From positions 54,512 through 118,511 of the forward strand of contig CAVSLC010000021.1 in assembly GCA_963728565.1 (NCBI GenBank): a DNA stretch of 64,000 bases, given 5' to 3'. The notes below the pieces were generated by a model that ran no database searches, was not told where the DNA came from, and saw only the letters and a list, made by a program, of their open reading frames with translations. The DNA comes from an uncultured delta proteobacterium (GTDB taxonomy: Bacteria; Desulfobacterota; Binatia; UBA9968). Shown here one piece after another: positions 42,979 to 54,671 of this stretch; within the stretch, counting starts at the first letter, position 1, and each line of letters opens with the position of its first letter. The position numbers and the translations under genes were made by a program.

Positions 42979-44128
42979 CTATTTCATAATAACCACGTCG
43001 GCGGCCATGCCCGCGCGGAGCTTCTGCGCGCTGTTGTCGAGCCGCACGCGCACCGCGAAGACCTGGTGCGTGCGCTCCTCGCGCGTCTGCACGTTGCGCG
43101 GCGTAAACTCGCCGCGACTGGCTATGTGCTCGACCCGCCCCGTGAAACGCTCGTCCGGGAAAGTATCGACCGTAGACCGAAACCTCTTTCTCCAACTGGA
43201 CGTGCCCCAGCTCGGGCTCCGGCACATAGACGCGCACCCAGAGGCGGTCTGTTTCGACCAGCGTCGCGACAGGCGAATTCGGGTTGATCAGATCGCCCGG
43301 CCTCAAACGGAATACTTCCACGAATGCATCGGCGGGTGACTTCACTTCCAACTCGCCCAACTGCGTGTCGATCTGCTGGAGCGCGGCGCGGGCGCGGTTC
43401 AACTGAGCTTGCGCCGCTTGAATATCTTCTTTACGCGCGCCGCGCTCGACCAGCTCGCGCCTGGCGGCGGCCTGCTGGTACTCGCGCTCGGCGCGCGCAA
43501 CCTCTTCCCTTCTCGTCCCCGCAAGCAACAGGTCGAGCCTTTGGCGCGCCGTCTCGCGGCGGGCCGCCGCGCGGTCAAAAGTGGCCCTGGCGTTATCATA
43601 ATCCTGGCGCGAAGCCACCCCGCTCGCGCTCAATCTCTCGATGCGCTCCAGGCTCAGACGCGCCACTTCGTAATCGGCGTTCGCGCCGTCAACTTCTGCG
43701 CGCGCCGCATCGATCTCCTGCTTGCGAGGCCCGTTGCGCGCCAGCTCAAGCGTCATCCTGGCGGCCTCGGCCTGCGCCCTCGCTTCGGCGATCTCTTCGG
43801 GCCTCGAAAAGGCGAGCGTCTTTTGCAAGTTCGCCTCCGCCGCGTCTACAGCCGCCACAGCGTCCGCGCGTTTCGCGTCCAGGTCAAAGCTCTCAAACCG
43901 GATGAGCGGCTGGCCCTGCTTCACCACCTGGCCTTCGCTGACCAGCACCTCGGCTATGCGGCCGCCGATCTTCGACCCCACGTGTATCTCGTCGGCTTCG
44001 ATTGTGCCCGACAGCACGAGCCTGTCCGACGACCCGCGCCCCCTCATATAGCTCCAGGCTGCGGCCACGGCCACAAGCGCGAGGACCACTACGACTATGA
44101 TGATCGGCTTTCGAAAGCTTTTTGCCAT
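42979..44128 (-). CDS. HlyD-family membrane fusion protein (YbhG-like), frameshifted
   Basis: TM anchor, SGTIEA, GGRI..V.V.EG, coiled coil, [20 protein letters not shown]. Confidence 0.9.
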
Positions 44129-44132
44129 CGCA

Positions 44133-45780
44133 TCACCTGCGCAGACGGCGGTTGAACCTTCTGGCGATGGCTCCAACGCCCGTCCTCAATTCCTTCACGC
44201 CGAGCGCACGCGCGCTAAAGTAAAAGACCACGGCTCCCACGGCAACCGAAGCGAATACGTTTATGGCCCTGGCAATCTGGCTGTCGCTCAGGGCGCGGCC
44301 CAGAAAGTGGCTCACGGCCCAGCAGGCGGCGCCCATAACGACGGACGCCGCGACGATCTTGCCGACCGCGACAGCGGTCTCGCGGCCTTCGATCCCGCCC
44401 ACGCGGCGGCGCATTATGAAGTAGAGCAGGGCGAAGTTGAGCAGCGCCACCGTCGAAGTCGAAAGCGCCAGCCCGCGCTCTTGCAACACGCCGACCAGCA
44501 CCCAGTTCATCAAGAAATTGATGACGATCATCAGCAGGCTGATCATCATCGGGGTGCGCGCGTCGCCGAGCGCGTAAAAAGCCGGCGCGAGTATCTTGAT
44601 CGCCGAGTATCCGGCAAGCCCTATCGCGTAAAAGGCGAGCGCGCCGGCCGTGTGGTCCGTGTCAATGGCGGTGAAATCGCCGCGCTGGTAGATGAGCGCG
44701 ATGATCGGGCGGCCGAGCACTATCAGCCCGACGGCGGACGGGATGGTTAACAAGAAAGCCAGCCGGATCGAGCTCGCGAGCGTCTCTCTGAACTCGCTCG
44801 ATCTGTTTCAGCGCGGCGCTTTTGAGATGGCGGGCAGGGTGGCCGTGGCAATCGCGACGCCGAATACGCCTATCGGAAACTGCATCAAGCGAAACGCGTA
44901 ATTGAGCCAGGCCACGGGGCCGTTGCCCGGGATGCTCGAAGCGAAATTGCTGTTGATCAGAACGTTCACCTGAACGGCGGCCGCGCCGATCACGGCAGGC
45001 CCCATCAGCTTGAATATTCTCCGCACGCCCGGGTCGCTGAAGCTGAGCGACGGGCGGTAGCGAAAGCCCGCGCGGCGAAGGCTCGGCCACTGCACGGCGT
45101 ATTGCAGGAACCCTCCGATCAGCACTCCGTAGGCCATGCCGATGATCCCTTCTCTCGGGTTCTCGACTATGGCCGTGAGCGGATGAGAGAAAGTCGGGTC
45201 GGTCAGAAGGGCGGCGAAGAAAATCCCGCCGACTATCGAGCCGACGTTGAAGAAAGACGACGAGAGCGCGGGTATGCCGAACCGGCCGCGCGCGTTGAGT
45301 ACTGCCCATCGCCTGCGCGGCCAGCGCGACCAGCAGGATGAAGGGCATCATTATGCGCGTGAGCTTTACCGTCAGCGCGAACTTCCCGGGTCGTCTTTGA
45401 AGCCGTGCGCGAAGACGCTGACTATCTGCGGCGCGAAGATGATTCCCAGCACCACGAGCGTGCCGAGTATCAGCACCAGGGTCGTAGCACCAGGTTGGAA
45501 AGGCGGAACGCCTGCTTTCTCATCCTTCTTGACCAGGTAATCGGAGAAGACCGGCACGAAGGCGCTCGACAGCGCGCCCTCGGCGAAGAGGTCGCGCAGC
45601 AGGTTCGGGATTCGGAAAGCCATCACAAAGGCGTCGTTCGCAAAGCTCTTTGAAGCGCCGAAGAAGTATGCGAAGACCATCTCGCGCGCGAGCCCGAGCA
45701 CGCGGCTGGCCATCACGGCCAGGCTTACGATGCCTGCGGAGCGCGCTACCTGCGCGCCGCGCCCGCCGCGCCCGCGTCAT
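44133..45780 (-). CDS. murJ: Lipid II flippase MurJ (MviN), frameshifted
   Basis: SRVLGLARE, AFRIPNLLRDLFAEGALS.AFVP, YAFRLMQFPIG.FG, FYALGD.RTP. Confidence 0.92.
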
Positions 45781-45957
45781 CCGAGATTTGCGTTTGGAGA
45801 GTCCTTCTCCCGCGCCTGGCGATCTCTTCGTTGCTGGTTGGTCGGAGTTCTGTTCTCAGGGCGACGCCGTTTCATCGCCTGATTCTATCTGCTTTACGAA
45901 TGGTTATCCAAGCAGAAGCTCAGATGCAGGCGTCGCTCGCGGCAATCCTAGATTGCC

Positions 45958-47338
45958 TTACTCAAGCTCAAGCTCTTTGATGCGGGTGAGCAGAGTCTTG
46001 TAGCTGACGTCGAGCCGCTCGGCGGTGCGAGACTTATTGTAGCCGCATTCTCTCAGCGTCGGATCGATCTTGCGCCGCTCGACCAGCCGTTGCGCGCGCG
46101 CGCTGACATCGGAAAGCGAGCCGCGCATGTCGAATCCGTCGAGCAGCGCCAACTGCTCGCGCAGGGAGTAGTCGGCGGGCGGGCTGATGTTGAGATCGGC
46201 CGGCGAAATCTCGGCGCCGCACGCCAGAATGCAGGCGCGCTCAATGCAGTTCTCAAGCTCGCGCACGTTGCCCGGCCAGTCGTACTCTTCGAGCGCTCGG
46301 ACGCTTCCCGTCAACTTCAACGGCGTCCGTCTGCAGCTCGCGGCCATACTTTGCGGCGAAGAATTCCGCCAGTTGCCTTATGTCGGACCGGCGCTCGCGC
46401 AGCGCCGGGATGTGAACGGGGAAGACCGCGAGGCGGAAGTAGAGGTCTTCGCGAAACTGTTTGGCCGCGACCGCGGCTTTCAAATCGCGGTTGGTCGCGG
46501 CGACGACGCGAACATCGACGTCGATATCGGCGGAGCCTCCGAGCCGCGAGATCTTCCGCTCTTCGAGCACGCGCAGCAGCTTCGATTGAACGGCGGGCGC
46601 GACCTCGCTTATCTCGTCCAGAAAGATCGTGCCTCTCGCGGCAAGCTCGAACTTCCCGACGCGCCGCTGGTCCGCGCCCGTGTAAGCGCCTTTTTCGTGG
46701 CCGAACAGCTCATTTTCGATCAGCGTGTCGGGGATGGCCGCGCAGTTGATGGCGATAAAAGGCGCGTTGCGGCGCGGGCTCAGGTGATGTATCGCGCGCG
46801 CGAAGAGCTCCTTGCCGGTGCCGGATTCGCCGAGCAGCAGAACGGTCGTGGGGGTCGCGGCCACCTGCTGTATCTCGCGCCCGACTTTCTGCATCGCCGC
46901 CGAATCGCCTATGATGCGCGGGAACCCGTAGCGCCGCGCGTACTCTTCTCTGAGCAGAATGTTCTCGGCGCGCAGGCGCGCTTCTTCAAGAGCGCGCTCG
47001 ACGAGCAGGAGCAGGTGGCGGCTGTCGACGGGCTTCTGCAGAAATTCGTAAGCGCCCTCTTTCATCGCCTGCACCGCTTCATCGATGGTGCCGTAGGCGG
47101 TCAGCAGTATGACGGAAGTATCAGCGTCCGCGGCCTTCGCGGCTCGGAGGACTTCAAGCCCGTCTGCGCGCGGCATCTTCAGATCGGTTATCACGAGACT
47201 GTACCGGGTCTCGTTGAGCTTGCGGCGCGCTTCCGCCCCGTCGCATGCCTCATCAACGGCGTAGCCTGCATTTTGAAGCGTCAGGCGCAGCATCTGCCTC
47301 AGGCTCTCTTTATCTTCTACCAGTAATATCTCTGCCAT
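45958..47338 (-). CDS. Sigma54-dependent response regulator (NtrC/AtoC family), frameshifted
   Basis: Receiver TDLKMP, GESGTGKE, ELFGHEKGAYTGA, FREDLYFRL, WPGNVREL, Fis-type HTH. Confidence 0.93.
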
Positions 47339-47446
47339 GGGCTTGTCTTAGAAATATTGAATGCCGAAATCTTTATTGCCGAATGAGAACGGTTAGAGCC
47401 GCTATCGGCGCTGAGAGGCTTATGTCGGGGCAGAGGGACAATCGAA

Positions 47447-48309
47447 TTATCTGAAAAGGCCGGGCGGCACGCCGCGCGCCGCGCTTCTTCCATAAGCGCA
47501 TCAATGTCCTTCTGCGCTTTCACGCGCGCGGCGCGCGCTTCATCCAGCTTCTGCTGCATCTCGTCGCGTTCCTGCTGGATCTGCGCGATATAAAAATTGT
47601 CTCCCGTGCCGCTGTTGTTCGAGATGCGCTGGTTCAGATCGCGCACGCGATTTTCATACAGCTGAGCGCGCCGCTCGGCGGTCTGTAGAGCTTCGTTCAA
47701 GCGCCGCGAAACGCGCGCGGTAATATTGCTCGTTAGGCTTTCCGTCTTCCGAGGACTGCCTTCGGGCCTTCGCTTCTTTGAAACCCTTCTCCCTGCCGTA
47801 TTCGATCAGCTCGTTGAGATCGTCAGCGGCCTCGCGCGCCTGCGCGCGAAGGTCCGTGACCCTCTGCCCCGCTTGCTCGAGCTCGGCGGCGGATTGTTCC
47901 TGTGCTGCGGCGTTTGGCCCGAAACGCCCATCTGATTGCGAATCTCTGTCATGCGAAGCTCGGCTTCTTCGGCCGCGCGTTCAAGAGACTTCGCGTGCTC
48001 GCGCGCCGCCTGGACGCGCTCGCGCCATGAAGCTTCTTCGGGGTTGGTCAGCTAGGCGGTCTTTGGCGCTCCCGGTTTAGCGGCCTCTCCCGGTTTAGAT
48101 GAGCGGCCTCTTTGGCCGGGGCGGCCTCGGTCAACGACTCGTCGGCCGGCTGATCCGTCTTCGGCTAACGACATCATCCGTAGTCAGCCGAGGAACCTTC
48201 TTTCTGCTCGCCGCCGGCTGCTGCGCGTCGATGGCGCATGGCAAAAGCAGTAAAGCCAAGCCGAAGCGCAAAGTACACGCCTTGATGGCAAGCGATGAAA
48301 GCTTCTCAT
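47447..48309 (-). CDS. Secreted coiled-coil hypothetical protein, frameshifted
   Basis: Signal peptide, KKVPRLTTDDV, long coiled coil, ends EEARRA..GVPPGLFR. Confidence 0.6.
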
Positions 48310-48481
48310 AGCTGTCTCCGATTTTGATTGGGTTAACGGGCAGGGGCAAACTGGCGGAAGGATACCCCAGACGGCCCCTCGCGCAAGAGTTAAGAAAACC
48401 GTGCCACTTGACGAGCGATGACAAATCTGAGGTAGAGAATGCGCTCAATTGTCACCCAAAAAGGCGTGCTAGTTTGACGAC

Positions 48482-49450
48482 GTGCTCAAGAAAAGAACCG
48501 GATTGCGCAACTTGCTTGAGTTTATACCTGCCTGGCTATTGCTAAAGCCGCTCGGATTATTGCCCCGGCGCGCGGCGATTTTTACGGGGAAGGCTGATCG
48601 CGCGCGCTGTATACTATCTCCATGGCAGGCTGCGGCACACGGCTGACAGGAACCTCGCGATGGCGATGCCGGAGATGCTCGCGGACGAGCGCGTGCGGTA
48701 ATCGAAGGGGTATTTCGCAACCTGGGCAGGCTGCTCGGAGAGTTCTCTCAATTCCCGAAGCTCACTCCCGAAAATATAAGCGAGATGGTCGACTACGACG
48801 GCTTTGAAAATTATAAGCGAGCCGCCGACGCAGGGGCGAGGCGTACTGTTGCTGACCGGACACGTCGGCGCGTGGGAGCTTTGCGCGTTCGCGCACGGGG
48901 CGTATGGCCACCCGCTGAGCTTTCTGGTCCGCCCGCTCGACAATCCATTCCTGGACCGCTTGATCAACGCTACCGCGAGCTTTCAGGCAATCGCACCATA
49001 GATAAGAACAAGGCGGTCAGAGCCCGTGCTCGAAACGCTCAAGCGGGCGGGGAAGTCGGGCTGCTGATGGATGTCAACACGTTCTGGAGGATCAGGGCGT
49101 ATTCTGTGATTTCTTCGGGATCCCCGCGTGCTCGACCACGGGGCTGGCTGTCTTCGCTCTTCGCTCGGGCGCCCCGGTCGTTCCGGGCTTCCTGATATGG
49201 GACGAGCAGCATGAAGAAGCACCGCCTTCGCTTCGATCCCGAGATACCCCTGGTCAGGACCGGCGACTTCAAAGAGGAGGTTCGCATAAACACGGCCCGA
49301 TTTACTCGGTGATTGAAGAGTACATCCGCCGCCACCCGGATCAATGGCTCTGGATTCATAAGAGGTGGCAGACGCGGCCGGCAAGGCGAGCCTGACCTGT
49401 ACGGCCCCGTACAACCCGCTCTGCTCAAGCCTCTTCGCATGCGAAGATAG
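48482..49450 (+). CDS. Lipid A biosynthesis acyltransferase (LpxL/HtrB-like), frameshifted
   Basis: LTGHVGAWE (HX4E), RPLDNP, DFFG, PDQWLWIHKRW. Confidence 0.85.
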
Positions 49451-49480
49451 AAGTGGAGGCGTAGCCGCTGAGGGCCCGCC

Positions 49481-49858
49481 CTATTCTACTCTACCGCGCT
49501 GATCTGGTGCGGTCCTGTTGTAGTCGTCTTCGAACCGCGTTATATCGTCTTCGCCCAGGTACGACCCGCACTGCACCTCGATAAAGACGAGCAGGCTGTC
49601 TCCCGGGATTGGCCACCCTATGCTTCGTCCTGACGGGAATCATTACGTCTTCGTTCGGCGCGGCGCATGATCTCTTCGTCTCCGACCGTGACCAGCGCCT
49701 CGCCTTCGACGATGACCCAGTCGCTCGCTGCGGCTCTCATGCATCTGCAGGCTCAGCCGGTGGCCGGGCTTCACCTCTATGCGCTTGACCTTGTATCCGT
49801 GGCCTTCGGCCAGCACTTCAAACGCTCCCCAGGGTCGCTCGTCTCGTTCCATCGCCAT
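49481..49858 (-). CDS. Mannose-6-phosphate isomerase type II C-terminal cupin, frameshifted
   Basis: ERPWG, KVKRIEVKPG.RLSLQ.H, IEVQ.GSYLGEDDI.RFED.Y. Confidence 0.88.
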
Positions 49859-49959
49859 AGCGGGATCAGTTTACACTAATTCATATCCTGCGGTCATATG
49901 TGATAATTCTGGATTTTCAGGGAGGGTCAGAGCTGGCGGATGAGGGAGCGAAGATAAAA

Positions 49960-50050
49960 GGGCGGACGCAAGGCCGAATTCCCGAAGAAATAGGGATGTT
50001 CGCCCATCCCCGCGTTCTCACACAGAGAACCCCCGTTTTGCGTGGCGGCA
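49960..50050 (-). other. Candidate structured RNA (3' UTR or small RNA) downstream of the KKGGA gene
   Basis: Three internal hairpins closed by ACGCAA/TTGCGT, including cUUCGg and GCGA-containing loops. Confidence 0.45.
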
Positions 50051-50055
50051 ATATG

Positions 50056-50153
50056 TTATCTCTTCTTGCGCCGCCTTTCTTCGCGCCGCCTTTCTTCGCG
50101 CCGCCCTTCTTAGCGCCGCCTTTCTTAGCGCCGCCTTTCTTTGCAGTTGCCAT
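50056..50153 (-). CDS. Lys/Gly-rich histone H1-like microprotein, MATA(KKGGA)5KKR, ~32 aa
   Basis: RBS AGGAAAGGAG, 15-bp repeat x5 with synonymous variation; one base short of an in-frame TAA at 50,056. Confidence 0.75.
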
Positions 50154-50453
50154 AGCGTGTGCTTCTCCTTTCCTATAGATTTGTACCCAGTACACAAGAT
50201 ACTGTAGCTTATTTACTCTTGTGTACTAGACAAAATGATACACAACATATTGTTGTATATATTTGCTTCGAGCATCCTTGTCAACTTTTTTTTTCGTGAT
50301 GTTGAAATAAAATTCGCTATTTATGCTCTCCGCCTTGAAACAGGCTGCCAGAGCCTGTTTCAAAGGCGCGCCTTGTTTTATGGACCTGAGATGCTCGCCC
50401 GCGAGACTATACTTGCCTCTATAGGTGCCGGCAATAATTGAAAATACTCCGAA

Positions 50454-50562
50454 CGTGAAAGTGGCTCCAGGAGCCAGTTACAGGGCAGCGGCCCTGAAAG
50501 TGGCTCCTGTAGCCAATTTCAGGGCGATCGCCGTGAAACGGGCTCCGGTCGCGAGTTTTGTG
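50454..50562. repeat. Three tandem 39-bp palindromic (REP-like) units
   Basis: cgtgaaagtggctccaggagccagttacagggcagcggc / cctgaaagtggctcctgtagccaatttcagggcgatcgc / cgtgaaacgggctccggtcgcgagttttgtg. Confidence 0.7.
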
Positions 50563-50612
50563 CTCGGCGCGTGAATTGACTTTGCCGAGTATCGACAGAT
50601 AATATCGTCACG

Positions 50613-51470
50613 ATGTCTGAAAATATAATCGATCTTCATACTCACACGTCTATACTCTGACGGCAGCGCCAGCCCGGAAGAGTTCGTTGCGATGGCCGGT
50701 TCGCGCGGCGCGCGGGCCATTGCCATCACCGACCACGACACGGTAGCGGTCTGTCGCGAGGCAGGGCACCGCCGCGCGCTTCGGCGTAGAATTCATCAAC
50801 GGCATCGAGATCAGCGCCGAGCACCAGCCCGGCACGATGCACATACTCGGTTATTACATCGATGAGCGAATCATCGCTTCTGAAAGTAAGCTTGTCGAGT
50901 TGAAGCGCGCGCGCGAAAAGAGAAATCCCGAGATAGCGACGACGGTTGCAGTCGCTGGGTTTCGACATAGACTATGAAGAGGTAGTCAGAGACGGCGGGA
51001 AGCAAGTGGTCGGCCGCCCGCACTTCGCGCGGCTGATGGTAGACCAGGGGTACGCTCGGAGCATGCAGGATGCTTTCGACGGATTCCTGGCAAAGGGGCG
51101 GCCGCTTTCGTCGAAAAGAGGCGACTCATCTCCCGCGGATGCGATCGATCTTGATTCACAGGCGGGGGGCGCGGCGGTCCTCGCTCACCCTTATCAGTTG
51201 AAGCCCCCGTCGATTGAAGACGAGGACGGGCTGATCGGTGCGCTTGCCGGATGGGGTTGGACGGCATTGAAGCTATCTACAGCCGGCACAGCGAGCGCGA
51301 GCGCGAGCTTTACTCATGGATGGCGGCGCGGCACGGATTGCTCGTGACCGGCGGCAGCGATTATCACGGGACTTACAAACCGGACATAAACATTGTCAGC
51401 GGGTTGGGCGATCTTAGAGTGCCTTACTCTCTTCTAGCGGAGTTAAAGAATCGAGCGTTGCGCAGGCTCG
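50613..51470 (+). CDS. PHP-domain phosphoesterase (TrpH/YciV-like), frameshifted
   Basis: IDLHTHT..SDG, AITDHDT, GIEISA, HILGY, GRPHFA, VLAHP, TGGSDYHG. Confidence 0.88.
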
Positions 51471-51479
51471 AATCGATTG

Positions 51480-53264
51480 TCAGCATGTTCGATTCGCTCT
51501 CTCACCTGCTCCGCGGTGTCCGCGGGTTGCAGAGCCAACGCAAATCGGCCCGGAACGGTGTCGCGCAGCGCCTCGCCAAGCATGGCCGTCTCGAACAACG
51601 GCAGCGTGACGTTGTGCCGAGTCTGCCGCGCTGGCGGATGACGCAGGTTCGCGAGCCACGCGCCCACCAGGCTGTCGCCGGTCTGCAGATGGTGGTCCAG
51701 AAACGTGAGCGGCCGGTCGGCGGCAAGCGTCGTCAACCACAGCGAGAGACGGGCGAGTTGCACGGCCATCGGGTTCAGGTCGACGCCGTACAGGCAGCGC
51801 TCGGCGATGCTCCGGCGGATCGCGGCCTGTTCGGAGGGACCGAGATCGGTCGGGTGGCATCTTCCCGACTGAACGAGGGCACTTTCGTAGGCGGCGGCGA
51901 GATATTCACAGGCGGCAACGAGGAATGCGCCGCTGCCCATTGCCGGGTCGACCACCTTGAGATCGAGAATCCGCTCGGGCGGCGCATCGTGCACGAGAGG
52001 CGCCAGCGTTCGCCGGACCAGATAGTGTGCGAGCGGCTGCGGCGTGTAGAAGGTGCCGGTCGCCTTGCGAAGGCCTGATCCGCGGTGCAGTGTCAGCGGC
52101 GGCAGATGATCGCGCGGCCGCGCGCGGTCACGCCTGAGGACCGCAGGTTCACCTCGATCTGGCGACTCGGCCGAAGGGACATAGTCGAGCAGCGTCTCGT
52201 AGACGGCGCCCAGCTGCTCGACGCCGAGGTCGCGGTAAGCGATCGGTTCGCGGCCCGTTCCGTCGGCGGCGGGCCTGGTCGCCAGCGCCAGCACCGCACG
52301 TCCAATCGCCTCGTTGTCGAGATTGCGGCGTTCGGCGAGCGGCGTTCGGGCCGGAGCGAACAGCCGCCCGTTGAACGCCGTCACCCGGAGCTCTCCCGCC
52401 ACGCAGCCGTTGTGGGCAATGCGGCTCATGGCGCGCAGCGCATCCCAGAGACCGGGTGCCGCCGAAAGCCGCTCCGCGGTCTCGCGCAGCGAGGCGACGC
52501 TGTAGTTGTTGCGGTAGAGCGGATGCCACATCGGCACGAGCGAGCGGGCTTCGGCGAAGAGCAGAAACAGCAGGCGGTAGACGATGGTCAGGGCCTGATC
52601 GAACGTGTCGACGCCGTTGCTACGTCGACCGCGCGTCAACGCAGCCAGCAACCCCTCGGACGCGTGGAGTACCCCGTCGCGCAGACCGCGGCAGACTGCG
52701 GCTCCGTGCCGCTCGGAATCGGCGACGATGGTTGCGATGGGCGTCGGGGCCTCGTTGGCGGCCGCAAACGCCTCCGGCGCCGAAGAGCGTCATGAGCGCG
52801 CCAGCCGCGTCCGGATGCTCGGCCGCGATGTCGAGGTCCAGCTCCACGAAGCGGCGGGAGTACACGCGTCGGACGTCGACGAGCCGCAGCGACCGGCCGT
52901 TGAAGAGCACGCACCACTCCGCGCCACGGTTCCGCGCCTCAACGACGCCGGCGCGCCACATGGGTTCGAGCGGGTCGCCCCACGGCGTCGCCAGCAGCGC
53001 GATCGGCTGCCCACTGACGAGAACGCCGGACGCCAGATGCTCGTCGTAGCGGAGGTCCACCAGGCCTGCGAAGCCGAGGATCCGAACGAACGGTTCGACG
53101 CCAACCTCGATCATCGCGCGCAGACTCGCAGCGGGACCGAGCGACGCACAGCGAGCCCTCCAGTCGATCAGACGGCGCAGCGTGTCCACATCGCAGGTCT
53201 GAGCGCGGACGCGTTCCGCGAGCACATCGCTCGAAATCAGGTGTCCGCTGACGCCGGCTACCAT
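51480..53264 (-). CDS. N6-adenine DNA methyltransferase, Eco57I/DrmMI-like (3' truncated, frameshifted)
   Basis: YRLLFLLFAEAR, LGAVYETLL, RKATGTFYTP, VDPAMGSGAFL, LYGVDLNPMAVQLARLSLW, GDSLVG. Confidence 0.88.
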
Positions 53265-54670
53265 CGCTCGGACGGGATCAGCATCAGGATCGGCGCCGGC
53301 GTCGGTGGTGTCGGTCGTCGACGCGGAAAATGCGGCAATTCGGCTCGAGAAGTGGTGTTTCAGCTCCTCGATGCGCGACGCTCGATCGGCCGCCTCGCGC
53401 ACGCCGCGCCGCTCGAACAGTCCCGCCTGCGCCGGCGCCACGGCGCACTCAAGGCTCGCCAGGATCGCCGAATCGCGCTCGATCCGTGCGGACACGAATA
53501 TCTGGTGCACTCGCTGGATCTCCGTGCGCCAACTGGTGTCGGCGCTTCTGGCCGCGACGCCGTGGGCCGACTCCGCCACGACCCGCAGGCGACGACGGCG
53601 ATCCGCGGGCGCGAGTTCGGAACGAACCGTGACGAGCCACGGGAATGAGGCGTGACGCGATCGAACGCCCGTGATCGCTCGAGACCCGGTCCTGCACCAA
53701 GACCAGAAGACGACCGCGAAGATAGGCGCGCGTTGAGGGCCGTCTGGTAGCGGTCGCGAACCAGCCATCGGTGATCAGAGGCCACACGGCGCGATCCCGT
53801 CTCGTGAAGCGCCGCGCGTGGATCAGCCGGCGCAGTTCACGAGCCGCTTCCGCTTCGAGTCGGGTGAGCTCAATGGGCAAAGGTGCGTCTACCGGGTCCT
53901 CACTCAACTGCGCATCCGTCGGATCCGTTGCAGCCGCCTCGAGTCCAGCCATCCGCCTTGCGATCACCACGTCGTCCCGTGTCTGGTGGGAAAAACCGAG
54001 CGGGTCGGCTGCATCGATATCTGCCCGGGCGCGGGCAATCTTCCCTTTCAGCGACTCGAGGATCTGTGCTTCAGCAGTCCCGCGGGCCACGAGGTGGAAC
54101 ACGTGCACCCGGCGGCCCTGGCCGATGCGGTCGACGCGCCCGATCCGCTGCTCCAACCGCATCGGATTCCACGGCAGCTCGAGGTTGATCACCACGCGAC
54201 ACGACATGTGGAGGTTCAGCCCTTCGCCGCCCGCGTCGGTGGCGAGAAGCACGGGGCGGTGGCCGTTGATGAAGCTCGCGAGCTCGGTCCTGCGCTCTTC
54301 GCGCGCCAGGCCGCCATGCAGAACGGCGCAGTCGAACGGCAGCGAGCGGCGGAGATGAAGCAGCGTGTCGCGGTACTCCGTGAAGACAATCGCCGGCTCG
54401 CGCAGGCGTCGGAGGCGCGTGAGCAGCCGCTGGAGACGCGCGAGCTTGCTTTCGGCGAGCGCGGCCTTGGCTGCGCGGTGAGCGAGCCGGGTCAACAGTC
54501 GGCGTTCGCTGGCCGCGTTGCGAAGGAGCGGCCCGAGGGCCCCTGGCGCCTCGTCGCCCGCGTCGAGGTCGCCGGTGGCATCCGCCAGCGGCAGACAGAG
54601 CTGCAGCCGTGTCCAGCTCGGTGGGGGACAGGGACTGCAGCCGCCTGGACACGGTCTCTTCGAGCGCGTG
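53258..54670 (-). CDS. SNF2-family helicase, C-terminal half (DrmD/RapA-like; 5' truncated, frameshifted)
   Basis: SKL..L, IVFTEYRDT, LATDAGGEGLNL, LPWNPMRLEQRIGRVDRIGQ; its stop overlaps the methylase start. Confidence 0.87.
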
Positions 54671-54671
54671 C

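Noticed and set aside
50454-50562. 39-bp repeats as a mini CRISPR array
   Set aside because: Units are contiguous with no unique spacers, and no cas genes are present.
51251-52078. PHP domain fused to a long novel C-terminal domain
   Set aside because: The extension is the antisense shadow of the methylase beyond a junction.
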